From positions 1,140,001-1,172,000 of the forward strand of contig NC_016070.1 in the NCBI RefSeq assembly GCF_000253055.1: 32,000 nucleotides of DNA, given 5' to 3'. Position 1 is the first letter of the stretch; each line of letters opens with the position of its first letter. This document shows positions 9,518 to 16,976 of this stretch, in pieces. A model generated the notes under the pieces. The model saw only the letters and a program-made list of their open reading frames with translations, was not told the origin of the DNA and searched no databases. The translations under genes were made by a program, and so were the position numbers. The DNA is from Thermoproteus tenax Kra 1 (GTDB lineage Archaea; Thermoproteota; Thermoprotei; Thermoproteales; Thermoproteaceae).

Positions 9518-10107
9518 CTTTTGAGGAGCCGGGCGATCACGACGGCGACCATGGCCGCGACCAGGCCCCACGCGATAGGCATAAGCATGGCGCTCAGTAT
9601 CGAGACGTCTATGCCGCCCTGTTGGAGGGCGAAGGTGACCACCACGAGGTAGAGCACTATCCTGAGGTAGTCCGCTATAGGTCCCACGAGCTCCGCCTCC
9701 TTTGAGACAGCGCCCTTGTAGACGTACTCCACGAAGCCGTCCACCATTATAAAGCCCACTATGGCCGCCACGAAGAACTTCACAAAGCCGTAGACGTACA
9801 CGGCCAAGACTTCGTCGAAGAGGGCCGCCACATAGGCGTAGCCGAAGTTGTTCGACACATAGGAGCCCGCCGCAAGGAAGGCGGCGATATAGATCACCCA
9901 AGCGGCCAGAGAGGCGAAGAAGTCCCCGGCGGTGAAGCCGGACTTCAACATAGCCCTCCCTATGTTGAAGTTTCTGAACCAGTCGTTGAGCCCGAGCCTT
10001 CTGAATATCTCCGAGAGAAGGAACTTGGCCAGCCTGCCGGCCGCATAGCCCAACAACATGATGAGAGCGCCGACAGACAGGACGATGAGGTATTCCAAGA
10101 GTCCCAT
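9514..10107 (-). CDS. Membrane protein with conserved TM helices, putative mechanosensitive-type channel
   Basis: 197 aa, several hydrophobic helices (LIVLSVGALIMLLGYAAGRLAKFLL, ADYLRIVLYLVVVTFALQQGGIDVSILSAML). ATG at 10107 fits the TATA box AATATATATT. Context matches the Thermoproteus tenax TPSP/GT/MSC cluster known from the literature. Confidence 0.75.
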   Translation of the reverse strand: MGLLEYLIVLSVGALIMLLGYAAGRLAKFLLSEIFRRLGLNDWFRNFNIGRAMLKSGFTAGDFFASLAAWVIYIAAFLAAGSYVSNNFGYAYVAALFDEVLAVYVYGFVKFFVAAIVGFIMVDGFVEYVYKGAVSKEAELVGPIADYLRIVLYLVVVTFALQQGGIDVSILSAMLMPIAWGLVAAMVAVVIARLLKR

Positions 10108-10124
10108 GTTGGGCCCGCCGCGCG

Positions 10125-10134
10125 AATATATATT
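10125..10134 (-). promoter_or_regulatory. TATA box for trehalose/channel operon
   Basis: AATATATATT centred about 23 nt upstream of the ATG at 10107. Confidence 0.5.
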
Positions 10135-10229
10135 GATTAGCCCCGCCCAGATGCGGCGGCTTAGGCCGCTGGCCTCTACATCGACAGAGCGGGGGCGCAA
10201 GCCTTAAAACGCATGCGCCGTCTGAGACG

Positions 10230-10640
10230 ATGCGAGGGCAGATCTCGCTGGAGCCCGTAATACTCCTGGCTGCTACCGTCGCCATAGCGGTGGCGGTGGG
10301 CTGGTACATCTACACCACTTGGGCCAGCCTGGTGAGGCCGGTGCCCAACTTAGCGATACTCTCGGCTACGTACTACCAGAACGGGACTCTAGTGCTCACG
10401 GCACTCAACCCCGGCACTGCGCCGGTTGTACAGATATCCTCAATCGCTCTCGAGGGCGAGAGGTGCTCCCACGTGGACGTAAACGGGACAGGCGGCGGCG
10501 CGCTCCCCATGGCCAGGGGAGCGGTCGTCGTGAGGGCTCAGTGCCCCGTGAGGGCGCCCCCTGGGACCACGTTGAGGGGACAGGTGGAGCTGTCGGTCGG
10601 CACGACCTACCCGTTCACAGCTGAGGTCGCCTCATCGTAG
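10230..10640 (+). CDS. Type IV pilin-like secreted/surface protein
   Basis: N-terminus MRGQISLEPVILLAATVAIAVAVGWYIYTTW resembles a class III signal peptide plus hydrophobic pilin helix, followed by a beta-rich domain. Confidence 0.6.
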   Translation: MRGQISLEPVILLAATVAIAVAVGWYIYTTWASLVRPVPNLAILSATYYQNGTLVLTALNPGTAPVVQISSIALEGERCSHVDVNGTGGGALPMARGAVVVRAQCPVRAPPGTTLRGQVELSVGTTYPFTAEVASS

Positions 10641-10757
10641 AGCTCCAGATCCCGCGGAAGTCCCCCCTCGGCCCGCCGCCGAGGGCGCCGGCCGCTTCGG
10701 CGAGAGGCCCCGGGCCTGTCGGCAACGCGGAGCCGCGATAGTCCGGCCCCCATAGCG

Positions 10758-11291
10758 CTACAGCGCAAGGACGGAGACCTCCGCAGCGTACGGGAGACAG
10801 AGGTATATATGGCCGCCCGCTAAATGGAGAGCTCTCTCGAACAGGGGGTCCCTCGAGGTCTTGATAGAGCGGCAGTAGCCGGCCTCCCCGGGGTCGAGCC
10901 CCCAGTCCCTTAATCTGCACAACAAGAAGGGCACAGCGCCGAGGACCTCGGCGTCTCTAATGCGCGCCGCGCAGCTGGCGGCGAACTCGCCGAGAGGAGT
11001 CACGGCGGCTGGCCGGTCGTCCTGCCAGTTGCCCCCGCCTCCCATCGTCAGCACCCCCAGCCTCCTCATGTCGTTGGCGACCATCGATCTGGCCAACCCT
11101 CTATACCTCTCGAGGATATCGCCCTCGACCTCCTCCTTGGCCACGAGGCGTTGTCCGCGGCGCAACCTCTCGTGTAGCGCTCTCAAGACCTCGCCGTAGA
11201 TTCGGAAGGCTTCGTCGCCCACCTTCCGAGGCGTCTGCAGCCTCGCTGGGTCGTAGGCGCGCATCAGGAGCTTGAACAGGTGGATGCACAT
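10758..11291 (-). CDS. Hypothetical protein
   Basis: ORF with coherent alpha-helical sequence from MCIHLFKLLMRAYDPARLQTPRKVGDEAF. The N-terminal part of the longer ORF (to 11648) is antisense to the HEPN gene and likely not coding. Confidence 0.5.
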   Translation of the reverse strand: MCIHLFKLLMRAYDPARLQTPRKVGDEAFRIYGEVLRALHERLRRGQRLVAKEEVEGDILERYRGLARSMVANDMRRLGVLTMGGGGNWQDDRPAAVTPLGEFAASCAARIRDAEVLGAVPFLLCRLRDWGLDPGEAGYCRSIKTSRDPLFERALHLAGGHIYLCLPYAAEVSVLAL

Positions 11292-11331
11292 ATCTCTTTC
11301 TGAGCCGATAAATCCAGCTGGCCCCATAACA

Positions 11332-11342
11332 TTTTTTAAAAG
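11332..11342 (+). promoter_or_regulatory. TATA box for HEPN/MNT pair
   Basis: TTTTTTAAAAG centred about 24 nt upstream of the GTG at 11361. Confidence 0.55.
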
Positions 11343-11360
11343 CGGCATACATACAGCTGT

Positions 11361-11771
11361 GTGGTCTCTAGGGCGCGCGACTGGTTTAGACAGGCCCTCC
11401 GCGACCTGGAGCACGCCAGGAGGTCTCTGGAGTTTGGAGACTACGAGTGGGCGTGTTTCGCCGCGCATCAAGCCGCGGAGAAGGCAGTCAAGGCCCTCTA
11501 CCAATGTCTGGGAGTGGAGGCGTGGGGCCACTCCGTCTCTAGGCTTCTGGCCGGCCTCCCGGCGCACGTCCGACCGCCCGACGACCTCGTCGATGCGGCG
11601 AAGGGGCTCGACAAATTCTATATACCGTCTAGGTACCCCAACGCGCACCCCGAGGGAGCTCCGATGGACTACTTCACCAGGGGGGATGCGGAGGGCGCCG
11701 TCAGCGCAGCAGAGAGGATTGTGAGATATGTCGGTGAGGCTCTTCAGACTAGATGTGGAGAGGGTGTTTAG
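11361..11771 (+). CDS. HEPN domain protein (HEPN/MNT toxin-antitoxin-type pair)
   Basis: WFRQALRDLEHARRSLEFGDYEWACFAAHQAAEKAVKALYQCLGVEAWGHSVSRLL is characteristic of the HEPN fold. Confidence 0.88.
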   Translation: MVSRARDWFRQALRDLEHARRSLEFGDYEWACFAAHQAAEKAVKALYQCLGVEAWGHSVSRLLAGLPAHVRPPDDLVDAAKGLDKFYIPSRYPNAHPEGAPMDYFTRGDAEGAVSAAERIVRYVGEALQTRCGEGV

Positions 11772-12102
11772 GGAGCTTTCCCGGTACGCCAGATGGGCTG
11801 TGGAGCGGGGGGCTCTGGCGGTGGTTCTGATAGGCTCTCTTGCGAGGGGGGACTACACGGCGTTTTCAGACGCCGACGTTGTGATAGTGGTGAGAGAGGA
11901 CGGGAGAAGGCCTATGGACAGAATACCTGACTTCCTCGACCCGACGTTCCCCGTCGATCTAGAGCCCCGGGTCTACACGGTGGATGAGCTCAGAAGGATG
12001 GCGGGCACCAGGCTCGCCAGAGAGATAGCCAGCGGCGTGCTCCTGGCCGGAGATGCGGAGGTAGTCTGTGAGGCGTTGGGGACTTGCGGAAAAAAGGTCT
12101 AG
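11728..12102 (+). CDS. MNT-type nucleotidyltransferase domain protein
   Basis: VVLIGSLARGDYTAFSDADVVIVV matches the GSxxRG...SDxD nucleotidyltransferase motif. It overlaps the HEPN gene. Confidence 0.88.
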   Translation: MSVRLFRLDVERVFRELSRYARWAVERGALAVVLIGSLARGDYTAFSDADVVIVVREDGRRPMDRIPDFLDPTFPVDLEPRVYTVDELRRMAGTRLAREIASGVLLAGDAEVVCEALGTCGKKV

Positions 12103-12122
12103 TTGTTCAAAGACTGAGCTAG

Positions 12123-12455
12123 TCAATTCTCGGTCTCGGCCCTCCTCTCCAGCCACCTGGAGAACATTATGAAGAAGACCTCCGCGTTGTGCCTTCCCAC
12201 CGCCCTCTCCAGCGCGGCGTACAGCCCCTCCGGCTCCTCCTCGGCGAACTCGGCCAGCCCTCTGCCGAAGAGCCTCCTCAGCCTCACGTCGATGGCGGTG
12301 AGGTAGGCTGCGTCGAGGCTCCTCACGAACTCCGGGAGGAGTCCCGCCTTGAGGGCCAAGGCCATCATGTGCACGCCGTGTGCCCCAGGATAAAAATCCT
12401 CCGGAGCGCCGAGAGAAATCATCCCATATAAATAACTTACGTAGAAGCGGCCCAA
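12123..12455 (-). CDS. Hypothetical protein (110 aa; the start may be further downstream)
   Basis: ORF with balanced protein-like composition, divergent from the UPF0248 gene. Confidence 0.5.
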   Translation of the reverse strand: MGRFYVSYLYGMISLGAPEDFYPGAHGVHMMALALKAGLLPEFVRSLDAAYLTAIDVRLRRLFGRGLAEFAEEEPEGLYAALERAVGRHNAEVFFIMFSRWLERRAETEN

Positions 12456-12465
12456 TAATTTAATA

Positions 12466-12723
12466 ATGTACGACCGTAGCTACGTGGGAAACCCCATGAG
12501 GTCGCTCTTGAACAAGCTCAAGTGGACCGGCGGCAGAGGCGTTATAGTCTACGTGAACAGAGGGTCGCCTGGCGGAGTGGCGAAGATAGACTTCTCGGAA
12601 GTGGACGAGATAGGCCAGGGAGGCTTCACGACGAAGTCGGGCACATATATCCCCTACCACAGAGTCGTCGAAATAATCGACGGAGAGGGCAAAGTGCTCA
12701 TGAGGCGGGAGATACGCCGTTAA
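12466..12723 (+). CDS. UPF0248 / DUF504 family protein
   Basis: MRSLLNKLKWTG...YVNRGSPGG...DEIGQGGFTTKSGTYIPYHRVVEIIDGEGKVLMRR matches the DUF504 pattern. Confidence 0.8.
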   Translation: MYDRSYVGNPMRSLLNKLKWTGGRGVIVYVNRGSPGGVAKIDFSEVDEIGQGGFTTKSGTYIPYHRVVEIIDGEGKVLMRREIRR

Positions 12724-12814
12724 CACACGCCGTAAATTTTCAATTCTAATGATATTAACTTCGATGTCGATGTCAGGTTAACGCCGACGGCGCCTAACTC
12801 AACTCCTCCTCTGA

Positions 12815-12898
12815 CAACTCCCCCCTTGTGTTAGGCTGTGCCAGCTAACACGGTGGACGCACCGGGGGAAGTTGAAAATCGCTTTCAAGGGGGAATTG
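12815..12898. other. Highly structured intergenic element, candidate ncRNA or regulatory leader
   Basis: Successive hairpins at 12828-12851, 12851-12864 and 12872-12888, enclosed by C-rich/G-rich complementary segments. Confidence 0.4.
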
Positions 12899-12910
12899 TA
12901 CTCCGGATTG

Positions 12911-12958
12911 CGCCGTAATTTTCGGCGTATTTGACGGCGTAAAATTCGGCGTATTTTT
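12911..12958. repeat. Four tandem 12-bp units, iteron-like
   Basis: CGCCGTAATTTT / CGGCGTATTTGA / CGGCGTAAAATT / CGGCGTATTTTT, with starts exactly 12 nt apart (12911, 12923, 12935, 12947). Confidence 0.75.
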
Positions 12959-13144
12959 CGTCGCAAAAGCCCTCCGTTGGAGGCTTGGGTCGATCTATTC
13001 AGTTGTGCAAACCTATGGCCGCTCCCGGAGCACTGTTCATCCGCCTATGTCTCTCCGCCGACATTTCCGCCTTTGCGGCCGCTGAGGGCGAGTCGATTGA
13101 AGTAAAGGAGCTCAAAGATAAATAGTAAACACGCCTCTGGGACC

Positions 13145-13618
13145 ATGAAGCTGAGCTACATAGTGGTCTTCACGGGGCTCGGTCTGGCGCTCGCGCCGCT
13201 GAATATACCTGTAGGTCCCACCAAGGCCTTCCCAGGGCAATCCTTTGTGAACGGCCTCGCCGGGCTAGTCCTGGGGCCTTGGGCGGTGGTGGTCGCAATA
13301 TTGATCTCTACAATAAGGCTGATGTTGGGCCTGGGGACTATCTTCGCGTTCCCCGGGAGCATACCCGGCGCCCTGTTGGTGGGCCTGGCCTCTACGGCGT
13401 TCAAACGGAGGCCTTGGGTCGTGTGGTTCGAGCCAGTGGGCACCCTCGGCATAGGGCTCCCGCTCTCCGTATACGTAATAGGGCCGGCCCTCGGCCTGGG
13501 GAACCAGTTTGCGGCAGCTCTGATACCGGTCACCGCCGGCTGGGCGCTCTCCACAGCCATCGGCACCTCCGCGGCGTACGCCGTAGCCCTCGCTCTGAGG
13601 CGCCTTGGCAAAATATAG
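13145..13618 (+). CDS. thiW: ThiW-family ECF transporter substrate-binding (S) component
   Basis: VGPTKAFPGQSFVNGLAGLVLGPW...RLMLGLGTIFAFPGSIPGALLVGL is the ThiW pattern; followed by ECF components. Confidence 0.85.
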   Translation: MKLSYIVVFTGLGLALAPLNIPVGPTKAFPGQSFVNGLAGLVLGPWAVVVAILISTIRLMLGLGTIFAFPGSIPGALLVGLASTAFKRRPWVVWFEPVGTLGIGLPLSVYVIGPALGLGNQFAAALIPVTAGWALSTAIGTSAAYAVALALRRLGKI

Positions 13619-14111
13619 CGTTTTAATTGTCGGCGAAGTAGGGAGGGGGAAGTCGAGGCTCTTGGCCGCGTTGGTCGACGCCATGGTCTCCCTCGGCGTG
13701 GGGGTCACTGTCGTCGACCTTGCGCCGGAGCGGATGGGCGTCGGCGCTAAGCTTAGGCGGTATCTAAGGGAGCGGCCGCGGTATCTGACGGACGAGTTCA
13801 GAGCCCCCCGCCTCGAGGCCAGATCGCCCGATGAGGAGCTGAAGCTCGCCGATGAGAACGCCGAAAAGGCTGCGGCGTTATTCAAGAGGTATATGGCCGA
13901 CCCCACGCCCGTCTTGGCCGTCAACGACTTGACAATCTACTTCCACAGGGGGGACCCCTCCCTCTTCTGGGAGGCCTTCAGCGCGGCGCAGGTGTTCCTG
14001 GCCTCGGCCTACGAGGGGACGTCGCTGAGAGATAGAGGGAGCGGCATCTCTGAGAGGGAAAGGAGGCTCCTCGAGGAGGTGAAGGCGGCGTCGTACGTCG
14101 TCGCGCTGTGA
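13605..14111 (+). CDS. P-loop NTPase of unknown function embedded in the ECF operon
   Basis: YSVLIVGEVGRGKSRLLAALVDAMVSLGVGVTVVDLAPE (Walker A GEVGRGKS) and TPVLAVNDLTIY. Overlaps both neighbours. Confidence 0.7.
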   Translation: MAKYSVLIVGEVGRGKSRLLAALVDAMVSLGVGVTVVDLAPERMGVGAKLRRYLRERPRYLTDEFRAPRLEARSPDEELKLADENAEKAAALFKRYMADPTPVLAVNDLTIYFHRGDPSLFWEAFSAAQVFLASAYEGTSLRDRGSGISERERRLLEEVKAASYVVAL

Positions 14112-15217
14112 TCTACGCCAGATGCCTCACTGCATACGCCGGCGGCAGGCCGTTGGCCCAGTGCGTCGACCTAGAGGTGAAGGAGGGCGAGGTAGCAGTC
14201 TTGTTCGGCCCGACGGGGGGCGGGAAGTCCGCCATAATTAAGGCTATGGCGGGGGTCCTGCCCCGAGAGGGGGCGTTAAGGCTGGATAGGCCCTATTTCG
14301 TCTTCCAGGACGTGGACTTCAACTTGATAGCCACCACGGTGCGGGAGGAGCTCCTCACGGTCTCCTGCGACGGCGTAAACGCGCCGGAGACGCCCATAGA
14401 GAGGCTCTCGCCGGGCCAGAGACAGCTGTTGGCCGTAGAGCTGGCCCGCCTATCGGGGGCCGCCTCAGTCATCTTCGACGAGCCCACAGCCTTCCTAGAC
14501 CCGGCCGCCGCCAGAGCCGTGAGAGACAAGATATTCGGGCTGGCCGAGGAGGGCAGAGCGGTCCTTGTGGCTGAGCACAGAGTCGAGCTCTTCCTGGACG
14601 CAGATAGATTCTACCTAGTTGAAGGCGGGCGGGCGACCGAGGTGGACGCCGAGGAGCTCATCGAGGAGGGCGCCAGAAGGGGGTGGGGGCCCTACTTCGT
14701 TAGAGGCCGCGAGCCTCCCCTCCCCAGGCTGGACGATGCAGAGGGCTGCGGCGTGGAGATAAGGGGCACGCGTTGGGAGGCCGGGCGGAAGATCGCAGTC
14801 ACCGGCCCAGTCGGCTCCGGCAAGACCTACACTCTGCTGGCTCTGGCGGGCGCCGTGAAGCTGAGGGGCACGAGGGGCTGTTCCCCCGTCGGCTACGTGC
14901 CTCAGAACCCCTATATGTACTTCACTTCGCCCGACCTCAGGAGGGCCCCCTCTCTGGTGTTGGATACGTTGGGTGTGGAGCGGGGGAGGAGCCCGTTCAC
15001 GCTTTCCGTGGGCGAGGCGAGGCTCGCGGCGTTGCTCTGGGAGCTATCGAGGAGGCCGCGGCTCCTCCTCGTCGACGAGCCGACGGCCGGCGTAGATAGA
15101 AGGTATGCCGAGTGGGTCGGGAGGCTCATCAAGTCCTACGGAGGGACTGTGGTGTTCGCCAGCCACGACCCAATCTTTGTCTCCAGATATGCAGACGCCG
15201 AAGTACGGATTGGCTAA
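14108..15217 (+). CDS. ECF transporter ATPase with two fused nucleotide-binding domains
   Basis: NBD1 GPTGGGKSA, LSPGQRQL, VIFDEPTAFLD; NBD2 GPVGSGKT, LSVGEARL, LLLVDEPTAGVD. Confidence 0.93.
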   Translation: MIYARCLTAYAGGRPLAQCVDLEVKEGEVAVLFGPTGGGKSAIIKAMAGVLPREGALRLDRPYFVFQDVDFNLIATTVREELLTVSCDGVNAPETPIERLSPGQRQLLAVELARLSGAASVIFDEPTAFLDPAAARAVRDKIFGLAEEGRAVLVAEHRVELFLDADRFYLVEGGRATEVDAEELIEEGARRGWGPYFVRGREPPLPRLDDAEGCGVEIRGTRWEAGRKIAVTGPVGSGKTYTLLALAGAVKLRGTRGCSPVGYVPQNPYMYFTSPDLRRAPSLVLDTLGVERGRSPFTLSVGEARLAALLWELSRRPRLLLVDEPTAGVDRRYAEWVGRLIKSYGGTVVFASHDPIFVSRYADAEVRIG

Positions 15218-15782
15218 ACTGGCTCTACTGCTCCTTCTGCCGGCGGGGTGGGAGGCGGCGATAGGGCTGGCGCCGTTGCTGGCGCTACACCGGAAGGTCG
15301 CGGCCGCGGCGGGGGCCCTCGCTCTTATGTCCTTCGTCTCCCTCGCCGCCTTCGTTGGGCCCGCGGGGGCGCTGCTCCCCACTTTGACGCTCTTCAAAAA
15401 CTTGGCCGTCCTAGGCCTGCTCTTCAACGCGGTCTCCCCGGGCGAAGTCGTCTGGGCGCTCAAGAGGATAGGGGTCAAAGGCCAGTGGGCCTACGTGATA
15501 CCCATGAGTCTGAGGGCGTCCTCGGTGATCTCGCGCGAGGTGAAGACGCTATTGGCTGTGGCTAAGGCGCGCGGCGCCAGAGGCCCCAGGGCCGTCCTCC
15601 AGTCGGCTTTACCCCTCTTGGTGTTCATATTCGACTACGCCGAATATCTAGAGGTCCAGATAAGACAGAGGAGCTTCGAGTGCCTCGCCGAGAGGCCTCC
15701 CTATTTTACTAAGTGGGATATATTGCTCATAGCGTCGGCCGCCGCCTCGCTGCTGGCGGCCGCGCCTCTTCGGGCGCTCTAG
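15189..15782 (+). CDS. ECF transporter T component (EcfT)
   Basis: Start MQTPKYGLAKLALLLLLPAGW; hydrophobic; IPMSLRASSVISREVKTLLAVAKARGAR and EVQIRQRSF are EcfT-like coupling-helix segments. Confidence 0.83.
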   Translation: MQTPKYGLAKLALLLLLPAGWEAAIGLAPLLALHRKVAAAAGALALMSFVSLAAFVGPAGALLPTLTLFKNLAVLGLLFNAVSPGEVVWALKRIGVKGQWAYVIPMSLRASSVISREVKTLLAVAKARGARGPRAVLQSALPLLVFIFDYAEYLEVQIRQRSFECLAERPPYFTKWDILLIASAAASLLAAAPLRAL

Positions 15783-15887
15783 GCCCCCGCGCAGCTGTCA
15801 GGCGTACATCGCAGCAGCGGGAGAGGACATGCCCGTCGGCTATACTCGCCGCGCAGACGGCCAGAGACAGAGAAAAGGTTGGGCGCC

Positions 15888-16976
15888 CTACCTCAATCTA
15901 GCCGCCGAAAGTGCGCCGGGCTTCTCCCTGCCCAGAGCCAGATCGGCCGCCTTCTTCCCCAACGCTGGAGCGAAGGTCCAGCCGAGTCTACACGCGCCGG
16001 TGGCCACCACCACTCCGCCCAGCACATCCACGATGGGGAACCCGTCGGGCGTGCAGGGCCTATATCCTACAGCCATATCTATAACGTCGAAAGAGCCGAG
16101 CCACCCCCTCGCTGCATTAAGCACCTTCTCCGCCGGCTTGTGGTCCTCAGTTCCGTCTAGGTCGAAGCGCCCTGTGATCTTCGTCCAACGGCTCAGCGGC
16201 ACTACAAAGATCCCCAGAGCCCAGTTGGCCACCGTCGCGGACGCTTTCGCGTTAGTCCTAAAGCCGTACCCTTTAAGTGGGGCCACGGGCAGCCCCAGCT
16301 TCCTCGCCCACCACCCCGCCGCGACTACGACTACGTCTCCCTCCACCTTTCCGCCGCCCTCGAGCCGCACCTCCCTGCCTGCGACTTCTACAGCTCTGGC
16401 CTCAACGAACTTTGCGTCGGCCAACTCTCTGGTCATACGATCGGCGAGCAGCTCAGTGGCTATCTTCGCTGCGTCCAAATAGAGCAGAGCCCTCTGGCCC
16501 ATGCACTGCCCTTCCTCAAGCCTAGGCCCCAGCGGATCCCTCTTGGCCTCCTCGATCTCCCTCTCTACGTCTACGCCTAGCTCGCAGAGGGGCTCCTCCG
16601 AGTAGTCAAAGTCGTTTTTCTCCTCGGCCAACCTGCGGTATTCGCGGCGCGAGAACTCGCCCATCCTCCTCAGCTCCTCCCAAATCTCGCTGGGGGGCTC
16701 TCTTCCGTAGTTTTTAACGTAGGCGATCAACCACTTCCAGTCCCAAGTCTTAATTCTGGCCTTTCCCTGGCGCAACATTTTGAGGTAGGTGCCGGCGTAT
16801 CCCTTTACGTTTATCCGGTTTATCTTGTATCTGTTGAACTCCAACACTCCCGCAGCCGCCTTAGACCACTGCGCCGGCTTGCCCTGCTCCACTATCGTCA
16901 CTTTAACTCCCTCTCTGGCCAGATAATACGCCGTGAAAAGCCCCGTTATTCCCCCGCCTACTACTACGGCGTTCAC
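15888..16976 (-). CDS. FAD-dependent oxidoreductase, DAO family (glycine oxidase ThiO / D-amino acid or D-proline dehydrogenase-like)
   Basis: MNAVVVGGGITGLFTAYYLAREGVKVTIVEQG and C-terminal YRPCTPDGFPIVDVLGGVVVATGACRLGWTFAPALGK. Confidence 0.82.
   Translation of the reverse strand: MNAVVVGGGITGLFTAYYLAREGVKVTIVEQGKPAQWSKAAAGVLEFNRYKINRINVKGYAGTYLKMLRQGKARIKTWDWKWLIAYVKNYGREPPSEIWEELRRMGEFSRREYRRLAEEKNDFDYSEEPLCELGVDVEREIEEAKRDPLGPRLEEGQCMGQRALLYLDAAKIATELLADRMTRELADAKFVEARAVEVAGREVRLEGGGKVEGDVVVVAAGWWARKLGLPVAPLKGYGFRTNAKASATVANWALGIFVVPLSRWTKITGRFDLDGTEDHKPAEKVLNAARGWLGSFDVIDMAVGYRPCTPDGFPIVDVLGGVVVATGACRLGWTFAPALGKKAADLALGREKPGALSAARLR

Noticed and set aside
9518-10309. N-terminal extension of the minus-strand ORF 8354..10309 (651 aa).
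   Set aside because: It runs out of frame through the channel protein gene, is arginine-rich low-quality sequence, and a good ATG overlaps the upstream stop at 9514-9517.
11292-11648. Upstream part of the minus-strand ORF 10758..11648.
   Set aside because: Antisense to the well-supported HEPN gene and its promoter; MCIHLFKLL at 11291 is a better start.
12864-12898. GGGGGAAGTTG...GGGGGAATTG direct repeats considered as a CRISPR repeat pair.
   Set aside because: The copies are too short and only about 25 nt apart, no third copy or regular spacer structure exists and no cas genes are nearby. A hairpin element fits better.
12727-13144. THI-box (TPP) riboswitch upstream of thiW.
   Set aside because: I could not find the conserved CTGAGA/ACCTGATC-type core, and thiW appears to have its own TATA box with a leaderless start.
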